A stretch of DNA of 64,000 nucleotides from an uncultured Nitrososphaerota archaeon (GCA_963824385.1 CAWGPD010000002.1:192001-256000), one strand, 5' to 3'. Shown: positions 21,617 through 32,895, counted from the first letter of the stretch. Numbers and translations are program-made. Notes: a model not told the origin generated them from the sequence alone.

Positions 21617-22531
21617 CTATAATACAAAAGCACCTTTACTTGGCCTGCAAATTATCGTAGTACATTTTATATCAACCGACGCAAATCCCTTTTCCATTGC
21701 TTTACAGATCTTATTATGATCTGCAGATTTTGATGTAAATGAGATTATTGATGGGCCAGCACCGCTTATTGTGACACCTAACGCACCTGCTCCAAGTGCA
21801 TTTGTTTTCACTTTGTCAAAACCTGGAATCAAATGTTTCCTTGCAGGTTCAACAATTACGTCTTTTATTGAATGACCAATTAGTTCCACATCTTTCTTGA
21901 TAAATCCAGCAGTTATTGCAGATGCATTAGAGAGATTCTTCACATAATCTGATAATTTTACTTGTTGAGGCAATACACCTCGGGACACCTCTGTCTTTTT
22001 CTTGGGAACTGTAATTTTTGGTATTGCTATACATAAAACCAAGTCCTTTGGAGGATCAATTCTTATCACATCAAGAGGATCTGTCCTTACTATTACAAAT
22101 CCACCAAGAACTGATGCACTAACATTATCATAATGAATAGATCCTGCACTTGCTCTCTCTCCCATCCCAGCAAATTTTACCAAAGTATTTTGATCAAGTT
22201 CAAGACCAAATAGTGCATTAAATGCAACTGCTGCAGCAGCCGCTGATGCCGCACTACTACCCATTCCAAATCCAGCCGGAACTCCTTTCTTAATTTTAAT
22301 TCGAAGTCCAGATTTTATCTTAAATTTTTTTGACATTTCTTTTATTACTAGTCCTGCAGTATTTTTCTCTGGTTCAAGAGGAACTGATCCTGAACTCTCA
22401 ATGGTAATTTTGTTTCCTTTTTTTGTTAACTGGATCTCATCATAAAATGCATCAAGAGCCAAACCAAATACATCAAAACCAGGACCTAGATTGGCAGTAG
22501 AACATGGTGCTCTTGCAATTATACTTTGCAT
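21617..22531 (-). CDS. thrB: Homoserine kinase
   Basis: STANLGPGFD, GMGSSAAS, HYDNV and SGAGPS. Confidence 0.95.
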   Translation of the reverse strand: MQSIIARAPCSTANLGPGFDVFGLALDAFYDEIQLTKKGNKITIESSGSVPLEPEKNTAGLVIKEMSKKFKIKSGLRIKIKKGVPAGFGMGSSAASAAAAAVAFNALFGLELDQNTLVKFAGMGERASAGSIHYDNVSASVLGGFVIVRTDPLDVIRIDPPKDLVLCIAIPKITVPKKKTEVSRGVLPQQVKLSDYVKNLSNASAITAGFIKKDVELIGHSIKDVIVEPARKHLIPGFDKVKTNALGAGALGVTISGAGPSIISFTSKSADHNKICKAMEKGFASVDIKCTTIICRPSKGAFVL

Positions 22532-23289
22532 TAATCTTCTACCTCTTCTCCTAAATTGAGTACACGGCTAAGAGCAGCTTGAAGATTAACCATTCCTTCA
22601 CCAGTGGCACTAGAAATTGGAATCATTCCTTGTGCAAATCCTCCTAAATTCAGACTTCTGAGAATATTGGTTGCAAGAACATAGTTTTCACCATCAGCAT
22701 CTTTAGCTAGAGCATCTTCAAGACTTGACATATTTGTTGACCATTTCAGTATGTCTTTAATCTTATCTTCAATAAGATCTGTTTTTGTTAGAACATTTAT
22801 CTGCGATAAACCAAGTCTCAATTTTACTGAAGTAGCAAGTAATGCAATTGAAACAAAATTGGTAGGTGATGTGATCAACGATCCATCATGAAGAAATATT
22901 GATACTTTTTCTTCTATATTCAAGTTTTGTATGAGAAAAGGTCCACTTGCTCTATAGGCAAACAACTCAATTTGACCCGGTGTATCCACTATGAGATAAT
23001 CTGGATTCACATTGTCTACTTCTTTTTGTAGATCATCTATTTTTGATGCAATAAGATCATTTGCCATAATCATGGATCCATTGGGTCCCAGATCATATTG
23101 TTTCATAATCGCTACAATATCGATATAGTCTCTAACATCAATGTCACACGTATATGGTAAATTTTCTACACCTGGATCTAAGTTTAGCATTCCAACAAAG
23201 GCGCCATTTCTAGAATAATAGTCAAGAATTTTAGAAGCTAGTAATGACTTTCCAGATCCTGCAGTTCCGACTAAAAAAATTGCCTTCAT
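22531..23289 (-). CDS. GPN-loop GTPase
   Basis: GTAGSGKS, NLDPG, LGPNG and DTPGQIE. Confidence 0.93.
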   Translation of the reverse strand: MKAIFLVGTAGSGKSLLASKILDYYSRNGAFVGMLNLDPGVENLPYTCDIDVRDYIDIVAIMKQYDLGPNGSMIMANDLIASKIDDLQKEVDNVNPDYLIVDTPGQIELFAYRASGPFLIQNLNIEEKVSIFLHDGSLITSPTNFVSIALLATSVKLRLGLSQINVLTKTDLIEDKIKDILKWSTNMSSLEDALAKDADGENYVLATNILRSLNLGGFAQGMIPISSATGEGMVNLQAALSRVLNLGEEVED

Positions 23290-23347
23290 TTTTCTGATAA
23301 TTTATTTTATGTTGGGCTTATATTTCCATCCATGAGTAAGGCAGGCA

Positions 23348-24364
23348 ATGAATTGGAAACTCCTTGCTATTCCTGTTAGTGTAATTCCATTTCTTATCAT
23401 TGCTATTACATTTAATGTAAGTTTAGAGAATATTCTTGCAATAGGTATCGTACCTTTCGTGGGTGCTTCAATAGCTATGGCAGGCAAGCTATTCACTCAA
23501 GGACTAAAATTTAATTATCTTGTAAAAAAATTCTTGGGTCCTGTAGATGTAAACTGGCGAACAATTTCTGTAAGAGTAGGGAGTGAATTTGTCACATCTA
23601 CTACTCCATCTTTTGTTGGTGGCGAGTTGGTTAGAATAATGTGGTTAGGTAAGAAAGGCGTTCCTATTGGAAAAGCATCTTGGGTAACAATAATTGAGAT
23701 CGTAACTGAAGTACTAGTTTCAGGAGCATTTGCAATTATTGCTGCAGTGATTTCATTTGTAAATGGTGCTTATGCTATAGGAATAACAATTCTTGCAATT
23801 AGTATTCCAATAACAGGACTCTGGTCTACAATGTTCTTTTTATCATCAAAAAGAACATTCCAAGTTCCTGGTTGGGCTTCTAGAATTGCTACGAGGATAG
23901 GAAAAGAACGCTCAGCAAAATATATTGACAAGACCAATCTTTGGATGAAAGAAATTTGTGATATGAGTAGACAAACTCTTCATACAAAAGAAATTAAAAA
24001 AGCATTTGTAGTCTCAATAATAATTTCTATATTTACATGGTCGCTTTATGGTCTTTCTTTTATGATAATTGCAAATGGTGCAGGCTATGTGATAGACTTT
24101 TTCCACTCTCTTATGGCTACAATGGCATCAATTGCTGTTGGTAATTTGCCAATTACTATTGGTGGATCAGGTCTGACTGAATTTTCAATCTGGGCATATT
24201 TGGGACACTTGAATAGCTTGACATTTGAGGCTGCCAAGAATAGTCTCCAATGGAATATTGTTATCGGATGGAGAATAGCAACTTATCATGTTGGTCTTGT
24301 AATAAGCTGGATATTTCTTATGAAAGTAGTCTATCCAAGCATAAAGAAGACTAAAACTGTATAG
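23348..24364 (+). CDS. Flippase-like membrane protein (LPG synthase TM/AglD2 family)
   Basis: TPSFVGGELVR, PITIGGSGLTE and WRIATY; polytopic. Confidence 0.8.
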   Translation: MNWKLLAIPVSVIPFLIIAITFNVSLENILAIGIVPFVGASIAMAGKLFTQGLKFNYLVKKFLGPVDVNWRTISVRVGSEFVTSTTPSFVGGELVRIMWLGKKGVPIGKASWVTIIEIVTEVLVSGAFAIIAAVISFVNGAYAIGITILAISIPITGLWSTMFFLSSKRTFQVPGWASRIATRIGKERSAKYIDKTNLWMKEICDMSRQTLHTKEIKKAFVVSIIISIFTWSLYGLSFMIIANGAGYVIDFFHSLMATMASIAVGNLPITIGGSGLTEFSIWAYLGHLNSLTFEAAKNSLQWNIVIGWRIATYHVGLVISWIFLMKVVYPSIKKTKTV

Positions 24365-24400
24365 AAAGCACTTTATTTTCAAACTTTTAATTTTTAGTAG

Positions 24401-25198
24401 TTGGATTATTCTGGTAAAGTAGTTGTTATCACAGGTGCATCAAGCGGGATTGGCGAACAATCAGCTGAAGAATTTGCAAAATTACACGCCAACGTCATAC
24501 TTGTATCCAGAAATGAAGGAAAGTTAAAGGAAGTGGCAACAAAATTATCAAAATACAAAACGAATGTTTTTGCCTATGCATGCGATATATCCAAAAAAAA
24601 TCAAGTAGAAATAATGGGAAAAATTGTAATTGAAAAGTTTGGTACAGTTGATGTACTTGTAAATAATGCCGGTTTTGGCATACATAATACTGTAAATGAA
24701 ACAAAGATAGAAGAAATGGAATCACAGATGATGACAAATTTCTTTGGGACAATGTATTGTATCAAGGCATTTCTGCCAAAAATGTTAGAACAAAGATCTG
24801 GGCATATTGTCAATGTTGCATCTGTGGCAGGTAGTATAGGAATTCCTGGAATGGCATCTTATTGTGCTTCCAAATTTGCCATGCTTGGATTCTCAGAATC
24901 ATTATTTCATGAACTAAAAGGAACAGGAGTGGGAATAACCATAGTTAGTCCAATAATGGTAAGAACAAATTTTTTTAATCATGCGTCTTTTGGTAAAATG
25001 CCGAGATATTCATCTACATCACTTAGTCCAAAGACTGTGGCAAATGCAGTTGTAAGAGCTGCATCATCTCCTAGACTTGAGATTGTTGTCCCACAATTTG
25101 TAAGATTTGCAATATGGATAAAGCAGACTTTACCTTATTTGACAAACCCAATAATTGGTGGAATCTTTAGAAGATCAATGAAATCTAAAGCGGATTGA
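24401..25198 (+). CDS. SDR family oxidoreductase
   Basis: TGASSGIG, NNAG and YCASK. Confidence 0.92.
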   Translation: MDYSGKVVVITGASSGIGEQSAEEFAKLHANVILVSRNEGKLKEVATKLSKYKTNVFAYACDISKKNQVEIMGKIVIEKFGTVDVLVNNAGFGIHNTVNETKIEEMESQMMTNFFGTMYCIKAFLPKMLEQRSGHIVNVASVAGSIGIPGMASYCASKFAMLGFSESLFHELKGTGVGITIVSPIMVRTNFFNHASFGKMPRYSSTSLSPKTVANAVVRAASSPRLEIVVPQFVRFAIWIKQTLPYLTNPIIGGIFRRSMKSKAD

Positions 25199-25209
25199 AA
25201 AAATAATAT

Positions 25210-25611
25210 TTATTCATCTTCTGACTCGTCTTCGCCTGCGGAATCAGAGTCAACATCCATTAGTTCAAGTTCTGTAAGATCAAACTGATAAATAATATCC
25301 GTAGTATCTCCAAACTCCTTTGTGAAAAATTCAATGGTTTTTTTACTCAATGGAGCCTTGAAAGATTTGATTGAAAATTCATAAACAGTTCCCTTCATAA
25401 GGTCTGAAGGCTTTATTTTCTTTGGTAAATTCATTCCTTCTACAATTCTTCTCCCATCTTCAACAGCCTCGTAAAACTGAGCATCAATTTTCATTTCTTT
25501 ATCATAAATCTCAAGTATGTATCCAGTTCTTGTAAGAGATTCTGGTTTACCAAACTTTGGATTCTTTATTTCTTCCAGTATATCCTTTGGAATTTCTTTT
25601 TCTTTTCCCAT
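25210..25611 (-). CDS. Hypothetical protein with an acidic tail
   Basis: 133-aa ORF co-oriented with its neighbours. Confidence 0.7.
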   Translation of the reverse strand: MGKEKEIPKDILEEIKNPKFGKPESLTRTGYILEIYDKEMKIDAQFYEAVEDGRRIVEGMNLPKKIKPSDLMKGTVYEFSIKSFKAPLSKKTIEFFTKEFGDTTDIIYQFDLTELELMDVDSDSAGEDESEDE

Positions 25612-25628
25612 TATAGTTCACTTTGTTT

Positions 25629-25859
25629 CTAACCTTGTTTATCTTTCTTACTTGCTGTCCACCAATCACGATATTCATCGTGCTTGTCTTCACGTGTTTT
25701 TTCTCGTTTGTTTAATCTATATCTTATATCACTTACCTGTTCTCTAGTAGCAAACAAGCCACATTTTTTGCAAATGAAATGTTTCGTGTTAGCATCAAAT
25801 TTCATTTCTATGACTACCTCTTTGGCTGCACATTCAGGACATTCAGTCAATGACGGCAA
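25629..25859 (-). CDS. Small Zn-ribbon protein
   Basis: CPEC...CKKCG. Confidence 0.7.
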   Translation of the reverse strand: MPSLTECPECAAKEVVIEMKFDANTKHFICKKCGLFATREQVSDIRYRLNKREKTREDKHDEYRDWWTASKKDKQG

Positions 25860-25892
25860 TCATCAAAGTTATCCATAAAAGCTTTTGGTAAG

Positions 25893-25960
25893 TTTCTGGT
25901 ACGCGGACTATGTCTTCATCCCCAAAGGTCAGTTCGCCCATCTAAAATGCCGCGTACCAG
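25893..25960 (-). ncRNA. Candidate K-turn hairpin sRNA (H/ACA-like guide)
   Basis: 11-bp basal stem, internal loop, and an apical CUGA-CC-UUUG-GG-GAU-GAAG kink-turn, followed by AAA. Confidence 0.55.
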
Positions 25961-25995
25961 TACTTTATGTTTGTATTAAAAAATTATAATTCTTT

Positions 25996-27228
25996 CTAGT
26001 CTTTCAACATCTCAGAGATTATTTTGGCTGTATTTTTAGTACCATCTGTTTTGTAGTTTTTTGAAAATTCTAAAAGATTTTCTTGATACTTGTTGTAATC
26101 ATGATTGATCTGATGAACCGCTTTGACAGTCTGTTTTACTGTTGTAGCCAAAATTCCAAGATTCTTGTCCTGTGCCCACTTTATCTGATTAGTATGTTCA
26201 TCATACACAGGTATTCCTATGATTGGCTTTGCTTTTCCTCCTAATATCTCCCCCATGGCAGTATGGGAGCCATTAATCACTGCATATTTGCATAAATTCA
26301 GGACCGTATCTTTTTCCTGTTCTGAGAGGAATCCTATGTCCATTCTAATCCAATCTACTTTTTTTTCTAAAGCTTCAGAGATTGAATATGTTTTTCCATC
26401 TTTTCCTAAAACTTTGTCTAATGATGGATCATTATTTGCATGTGAGATGATTCTTCTTTCACTATCCATTTCATGACTTTGAAAAGTCCTTTCATAATTT
26501 TCTAGGGTTATTTTCTTTGTTGATTTATTACCTGTTATCATCCAATATCCAAAATTATCTACATTTTCAATTAATTTTTCTTTATCAGATTTGGGTTTAG
26601 AATGTATTATTCCACCATTTGAAAAATGACCAACATATACAACTTTTTCCTTTAACTTGTCAGGAAAATTAAGATTGTATTCACATATGGTATAAGGTGG
26701 TGGAGAGTCTGCAACTACTATCTTTGTTGCTCTTTCAATATTTTTTGATACATATATCACTCCAGGATAAAGATAAAATCTAGAGGCCCAGAGTTTTGGT
26801 CTAAACTGGTTTGTAATAAAAACACATTTGACGTTTCTTCTTTGTGCAATTGCATTTGATCCCACATCTCCATCATTTATGACAAGATCAAATTTTTGAT
26901 TATTGTAAAGTCTTCCTTCATTTCTTAGGTAGTTAGTTACAACTGAAAGAAGTGGAGGTCTACCATGTAATGGTAAGAGAAAATTAAGTGAAGACAAAGC
27001 AATACTGGGACCTTTTTTACCGTCTATCGGTGTTGGCATCTCTATATTGTGAATTTTATCTTTTTTCTGAGGAAAATTTTGTAATAGCTTTTGATAAATT
27101 TCACCACTGCTTGTATAATGCATCTCAACCTCATCCTTCATCATATCCTGAATAGTCTTGTCCAGGTGCATCATTCTTGTATAATGGCCATTTCCCCAAG
27201 GATAGATGAATCCCCCTATCTTTTTCAT
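25996..27228 (-). CDS. GT-B glycosyltransferase (MurG/GT28-like)
   Basis: GNGHYTR, NGSHTAMGE and IPVYDEH..Q. Confidence 0.8.
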   Translation of the reverse strand: MKKIGGFIYPWGNGHYTRMMHLDKTIQDMMKDEVEMHYTSSGEIYQKLLQNFPQKKDKIHNIEMPTPIDGKKGPSIALSSLNFLLPLHGRPPLLSVVTNYLRNEGRLYNNQKFDLVINDGDVGSNAIAQRRNVKCVFITNQFRPKLWASRFYLYPGVIYVSKNIERATKIVVADSPPPYTICEYNLNFPDKLKEKVVYVGHFSNGGIIHSKPKSDKEKLIENVDNFGYWMITGNKSTKKITLENYERTFQSHEMDSERRIISHANNDPSLDKVLGKDGKTYSISEALEKKVDWIRMDIGFLSEQEKDTVLNLCKYAVINGSHTAMGEILGGKAKPIIGIPVYDEHTNQIKWAQDKNLGILATTVKQTVKAVHQINHDYNKYQENLLEFSKNYKTDGTKNTAKIISEMLKD

Positions 27229-27260
27229 ATAGGAAAGGTAAATTTGACCTGTTTAAATTC

Positions 27261-28385
27261 TCAATGATTTGATTTTAATAAATCAATTATATCATGTATA
27301 TTTTTTGGACCGACAGTAATTGATAGATACCTGAGAGTCTTTAGTGCATCTTTTGAATACTTGGATGCTTCAGACTTAGAGATTTTTTTATCACTGAGAT
27401 GTTTTTTACATAGATCTTCTAAATTTGAAATGTATTTTTCTAATCCTATCTCTTTTGCATTTTCTAAAATTCCAGAATCTATACCTGAGAGTGAAAACCA
27501 TGGAATTATCTTATTTTGAAATACCAAGTTTGAGTTGTATTCACAAAATGTTGCTGAAAAAATCATCGGAGATATTCCTAAAGAAATTCTTCCAATCTTT
27601 TCCTTTGATGCCAATGATATCATAATCTGAGTTATTGTGATAATCGTAGTCAGTATGGTTGAAGATCTATTGATCTTACATACACGAAGAGTGATATTTT
27701 TTTCGACTAGTCGTGGTAATATTTTATTTATCATCTTAGCCAATTTGAGCAAATCTGATTCATTACGATAACAAACTAGTATGTTTACTTCAAAACCCAT
27801 CTTTATGGCCTGAAGACAAGATATTGCAGATAGCTCATCATGTATACAACATAGGATTTTTTCTTTTTGTGAGTTGTATGGAAGTCCACTTAACCCCTTG
27901 TCTACAAAGATGCAAACATAGGCAAAGGAATCAGTCAAGTATGTGTATACTAGTCTGTCATAGTTTGATTCAGAGCCTGGTTTTGCTTCAATAGACGTAC
28001 TCTTATCTACCAAAGCAGTAGTTGCCGCAATCTCTAAATCTTTTGCAAGGAATTTTTCTGTTTTTCCATCTACTTTGATGTAAAACCTTTCTCCTTTCAA
28101 AAGTAAACTTAATGCAGTATTTGTAATCATGGATATAACAGAATCAAAATTATTATCTACTTCTTTAGCAATTGCTATTTGCTCTATGCCAAATAACATA
28201 TTTACTGTTGATGATGCAAGTACTGGATCAGCTGCCTCTACAACAATAATTGAACCATTTTTTCGTATGTTGTAATATTGTTGATTTTCTAATTTGAGAA
28301 TTTTTGATATGTTTGATGATAAATTATTTATTTTATTTAATGAATAAATTGATGGAAAAATAACAAGTACTGTTTTTTCTGACAT
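27261..28385 (-). CDS. ThiI-like THUMP protein with a degenerate PP-loop
   Basis: LFGIEQIAIA, a THUMP region, and GLSGLP before the adenylation domain. Confidence 0.7.
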   Translation of the reverse strand: MSEKTVLVIFPSIYSLNKINNLSSNISKILKLENQQYYNIRKNGSIIVVEAADPVLASSTVNMLFGIEQIAIAKEVDNNFDSVISMITNTALSLLLKGERFYIKVDGKTEKFLAKDLEIAATTALVDKSTSIEAKPGSESNYDRLVYTYLTDSFAYVCIFVDKGLSGLPYNSQKEKILCCIHDELSAISCLQAIKMGFEVNILVCYRNESDLLKLAKMINKILPRLVEKNITLRVCKINRSSTILTTIITITQIMISLASKEKIGRISLGISPMIFSATFCEYNSNLVFQNKIIPWFSLSGIDSGILENAKEIGLEKYISNLEDLCKKHLSDKKISKSEASKYSKDALKTLRYLSITVGPKNIHDIIDLLKSNH

Positions 28386-28472
28386 TCTGTTTTCATTGTT
28401 TTATCTTATTTATAACTCTAGAATGAATATCTTACCTAAATAATTATATGACGAATAAGGACAAATTTTATC

Positions 28473-29192
28473 ATGTCAAAGTTTACTGCTGAACAAATCC
28501 AGCAGTTAAATGGAAATCTGAAAACTCCCCAAGAAGTTCTCAAATGGTCATTAGACAATCTTCATCCTAGAATTGCCATGGCATCAAGCTTTGGTGCAGA
28601 AGATGTAGTTGTAATTGATATGATTTTAAAAATAAACCCAAAAGCAAGAATCTTTACGCTTGATACAGGCAGACTCAATCAAGAAACATATGATGTCATG
28701 GATGAAATACGAAAAAAATACAACGTGAACATAGAAGTTATGTTTCCGGATCAAAATGAAACAGAACAAATGGTTCGTGTCAACGGAATGAATTTATTTT
28801 ATAATAGCATTGGCAACAGAAAACTTTGCTGCGGTATAAGAAAGGTTCATCCTCTCAATAGGATGCTATCAACATTAGATGGATGGATTACAGGATTACG
28901 GGCAGATCAGACTGAGGTGAGATCAAATGCAAATAGAATTGAGGTTGATGAACAGCATAACGGTATAATCAAGATAAATCCAATAATAGAATGGACATGG
29001 GAACAAACCTGGGATTATATCAAGAAAAATAATATTCCATACAACAAATTACATGACAGTGGATTTCCAAGTATTGGGTGTGAACCATGTACACGTGCAA
29101 TCAAACCTGGAGAGCCCTTGCGAGCTGGTCGCTGGTGGTGGGAATCTGATTCACAAAAAGAATGTGGATTGCATGCTGACCACGGTAAGTGA
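28473..29192 (+). CDS. cysH: APS/PAPS reductase
   Basis: SSFGAED, LDTG, CCGIRK, SIGCEPCT, RAGRW and ECGLH (Fe-S APS-reductase type). Confidence 0.95.
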   Translation: MSKFTAEQIQQLNGNLKTPQEVLKWSLDNLHPRIAMASSFGAEDVVVIDMILKINPKARIFTLDTGRLNQETYDVMDEIRKKYNVNIEVMFPDQNETEQMVRVNGMNLFYNSIGNRKLCCGIRKVHPLNRMLSTLDGWITGLRADQTEVRSNANRIEVDEQHNGIIKINPIIEWTWEQTWDYIKKNNIPYNKLHDSGFPSIGCEPCTRAIKPGEPLRAGRWWWESDSQKECGLHADHGK

Positions 29193-29197
29193 TATAA

Positions 29198-30337
29198 TTG
29201 GAAAGTACCGGAATAGCAAAACCACATGGTGGCAAATTAGTAAGTAGAATTACAAAAAAAGATCCAAGTGAATTATTTTCAGTTTCTATTAACACTGATC
29301 TTGCAAATGACGTAGAAAATATAGCTGATGGAATTTTTAGTCCACTTGAGGGATTTTTAGTACAAGAAGACTTTGAGAAGGTAATCACTGGAGGTAGATT
29401 GGCAAATGACTTGCCATGGACAGTCCCAATTGTACTTGATGTTGATAAGGAAATAGTGATAAAGATGAAAGATGCAGGAGATGTTGCTCTAAATGTTGAT
29501 GGGAAAAATTTTGCCATCTTGCATGTTGATGATATTTACAATTTTGATAAAAGCGCTGTTACAAGTGGAGTCTATGGAACATCTGATCCAAAACATCCAG
29601 GTGTAGCAAAAACCATGAGTATGAAGGAATTTCTGGTTGGTGGAAAAATTGACTATGTAAAAAGACCAGATGAGACTCCAATTAGAAGATACAGAAAAAC
29701 TCCTATTGAAACAAGAAATTTCTTTGAAAATGCTGGATGGAAAACGATTGTGGCATTTCAAACAAGAAATGTTCCACACGTAGCACATGAGATGCTTCAA
29801 AAAGCATCTCTTAACACACATGATGGACTGTTTGTAAATCCTCTTGTTGGAAAGAAAAAATCAGGAGACTACAAAGACGAGGTAATAGTTGCTACTTATG
29901 AAACTCTCATTGAACATTATTATCCCAAAAACAGATGTTATCTTGGTACTTTACATACAGAGATGAGATATGCAGGCCCAAAGGAAGCAATCCATCATGC
30001 AATAATGAGAAAAAACTTTGGATGTACTCATATAATAATTGGACGAGACCATGCAGGTGTGGGTACGTACTATGATCCATTTGCTGCACATAAAATATTT
30101 GATTCATATCCTGACATTGGTATAGAACCAATTTTCTTTCCAGCATTTTTCTATTGTAGAAAATGTTTATCATTTGCAAGTGAAAGAAATTGTCCCCATG
30201 GACAGGAATATCAAGAAAGTCTTAGTGGAACAAAACTTAGAGCAATGATTCTTGATAAACAAAATCCATCTGAATATATGATAAGACCTGAAGTATCCAA
30301 AGTGTTAATGAAATGGGATAACCCGTTTGTGGACTAG
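29198..30337 (+). CDS. sat: Sulfate adenylyltransferase
   Basis: [23 protein letters not shown] and GRDHAGVG. Confidence 0.96.
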   Translation: MESTGIAKPHGGKLVSRITKKDPSELFSVSINTDLANDVENIADGIFSPLEGFLVQEDFEKVITGGRLANDLPWTVPIVLDVDKEIVIKMKDAGDVALNVDGKNFAILHVDDIYNFDKSAVTSGVYGTSDPKHPGVAKTMSMKEFLVGGKIDYVKRPDETPIRRYRKTPIETRNFFENAGWKTIVAFQTRNVPHVAHEMLQKASLNTHDGLFVNPLVGKKKSGDYKDEVIVATYETLIEHYYPKNRCYLGTLHTEMRYAGPKEAIHHAIMRKNFGCTHIIIGRDHAGVGTYYDPFAAHKIFDSYPDIGIEPIFFPAFFYCRKCLSFASERNCPHGQEYQESLSGTKLRAMILDKQNPSEYMIRPEVSKVLMKWDNPFVD

Positions 30338-30349
30338 ATTTTTATTGAA

Positions 30350-31039
30350 ATGAATTTAGCACATATTATGAGATTCTTACTAGTTGCTCTTTTGTTAACA
30401 AGCTCATTCTTGCCAGTATATGCACAAGAATCTACAATGAATAAATCTGAACGTTATGATTATCTTGAAGTACCATATAGCGCATTTAATGTTCTAACTA
30501 ATGATTCTACAGTTTACAAGCTTGATCACGAACATGTAACCAACTGGCAAGTCGAGATAGAGAACAAGTTAACATATGTAAATCCTAATTCATCTGCAGT
30601 CATAAGACTATACGAGGATCCAAGCCAGCCAAAATTCATAGAAATTGGTATGGGCAATGCTCCTAACTATCGTTTCTGGGTTGCAGTCAATACTCCAGAA
30701 GATGGATATTTCATAGTACAAGATGACGACAAACTTGGATGGAATCCAAGCCAGCCTATTATTGCAACTCACTCTAGTAGTGGAGGTCTTTCAGTAAGTG
30801 TAGGTCAAAAGGTTGCTGTTGACAATTTGGATATTGCAGGTTTTACAGTTAGAGATGTTACTGTACATGGAATGAATTCACAATATGATTCTCCTCCAGT
30901 AAGTGCTGGTAAGGTAACACTAAGTTTTATCTCAGGAGATCCTTCTCAGAATCCTATCTTCTTTATGCCTATGATAGTCTTGGCAGTTTCAGTAGGCTTG
31001 ATTGTAGTGTTATTGAAAACCAAGAAGAGAACTACCTAG
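30350..31039 (+). CDS. Exported, C-terminally anchored hypothetical protein
   Basis: Signal peptide (VYA|Q) and a C-terminal TM helix followed by KTKKR. Confidence 0.7.
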   Translation: MNLAHIMRFLLVALLLTSSFLPVYAQESTMNKSERYDYLEVPYSAFNVLTNDSTVYKLDHEHVTNWQVEIENKLTYVNPNSSAVIRLYEDPSQPKFIEIGMGNAPNYRFWVAVNTPEDGYFIVQDDDKLGWNPSQPIIATHSSSGGLSVSVGQKVAVDNLDIAGFTVRDVTVHGMNSQYDSPPVSAGKVTLSFISGDPSQNPIFFMPMIVLAVSVGLIVVLLKTKKRTT

Positions 31040-31685
31040 TTTTGTAATAACTACACTCTTTTTTTATCTGACAGACTGGACACATTGGTGAAATTGGCTT
31101 GCATATATTCTGACCATACATGACAAAAGTATCGTTTATTCTAATCCAGTATTTTTTTGGGATCTTTTTCATTAATTCAACCTCTGTCTCCTCTGGAATT
31201 TTTGTTTTGACAAGTCCTAGTCTATTGGAAATCCTGTGAACATGTGTGTCAACAGGAATTGCAGGTTCATCAAATGCATACACCAGAACACAATTAGCAG
31301 TCTTTCTTCCTACTCCTGGAAGACTGATCAACTCCTCCATAGTCTTTGGAACTAGACCTGAATATTTTGAATCTATAATTGATGCAACTTCAATTATTCT
31401 TTTTGCCTTGACATGATAAAAACCAGTTCGCTTGATTATTTTTTCAACATCTGATAGTTTTGCTCTTGCAAGTGATCTAGCCGTCTTGTATTTTGAAAAT
31501 AATTCTCTTACTACAACTGATGTGCTTTCATCTCTTGTTCTTGCAGAAAGTATTGTTCCTATTAGAATACTTAGAGGACTACCATTTTCAGCCTCACGCA
31601 GTTCTCTTAGTGCAGTCATCCTAGGTGGTTTAACATGATTCATTGTTGTAATCATTCCATCTAGAATTATTCTAATCTTATCCAA
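31032..31685 (-). CDS. nth: Endonuclease III
   Basis: LPGVGRKTAN, VDTHV and C-x6-C-x2-C-x5-C. Confidence 0.95.
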   Translation of the reverse strand: MDKIRIILDGMITTMNHVKPPRMTALRELREAENGSPLSILIGTILSARTRDESTSVVVRELFSKYKTARSLARAKLSDVEKIIKRTGFYHVKAKRIIEVASIIDSKYSGLVPKTMEELISLPGVGRKTANCVLVYAFDEPAIPVDTHVHRISNRLGLVKTKIPEETEVELMKKIPKKYWIRINDTFVMYGQNICKPISPMCPVCQIKKECSYYKTR

Positions 31686-31736
31686 TTGATTTTATAATAA
31701 ACCACACAAGTATTATATCTGTTATAACAAAGTGGT

Positions 31737-32895
31737 ATGTTGGAATTAACAAAGGAAGAAGAATCTGCTTTAGACGGAAAGCAAGGTGAAACTCTTGCTC
31801 TTGCATACAGAACACTTGTGGCAATTGGAGAGGCATCAGGTTCTGATAGACTAATTCCAATAGAATGGGCACATCTATCTGGTGTCAATTATAATACAAT
31901 AGGGGATGCAGGAAGAGACTTTCTTTCACATCTAAGTCAGGACGCTAAATTCAAGGTAAAGACAACGGTCAATCCAATGGGTTTTGATTTTGATTCCGTT
32001 TCTCGATATAATCTAGATGAAAAATTTATTGAAAATCAGAGAAGTATAAAAAATTCATATGAAAAAATGGGAGCAATTCCATCTTATTCTTGTATTCCAT
32101 ATGAGATATTTGATGTACCAAAACAAGGTACCCAAGTTTCATTTGCAGAAAGTAATGCTGCAATTTACGCAAATTCGTTTTCTGGACTTGTCACAAACAA
32201 GGAGGGTGCATTTAGTGCACTTGCAAGTGCACTTACAGGTAAAAGTCCATGCTCTGATCTAAGAGACAACGATATCAGAAAACCAAACCTGACAATTCGC
32301 ATGAAAGTTGAATCTCCAAATGAATTGACTTATGGCATGCTTGGATATTTTGCAGGAAAAGTTGCAGGTAGACTCAGTTGCACTATCTGGTGTAAGTGGA
32401 CTTGATAGACGTAGTTGCAAATCTCTATGTGGAGGAATGGGTACATCTGGAGCTTGTGGAATGTTCACATTTGGAGAAGAAGAAGGCGAGAAGATTGATT
32501 TTGATAAAAAAGAGATGCAAAAAATTCATGATGAGCTTAACACCTCTGAGAGTGGTGACTTGATAACACTTGGTAGTCCTCAACTTGGACTCGATGAGAT
32601 TGGTGATCTAGCCACAATGCTCAAGGGAAGATCATTTAAGAAACGTTGCATGATATTTTGTCCAAGTGCAATTAAAGGACAAATGAGAGACATGGGTTAT
32701 AGAAAAGAAATAGAACGTGCTGGAGGAGAACTATTGTTTGACTGTTGTACATGTTTATCTCCACTAGTTGATAACAAGGAGGTTGATTCTGTTACCACAA
32801 ATAGTGTAAAGGGTGCATATTATCTAAGAACTTCAAACAAAGTTGATGTCAATCTAAAGAGCCTCAAAAGAATAGTAGAAGAGGAAACAAAATGA
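31737..32895 (+). CDS. Aconitase X large subunit (phosphomevalonate dehydratase-type); +1 frameshift at ~32372
   Basis: AHLSGVNY, SCIPY, AESNAAIYANS, LGSPQ, DCCT and TNSVK motifs over two ORFs. Confidence 0.85.
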
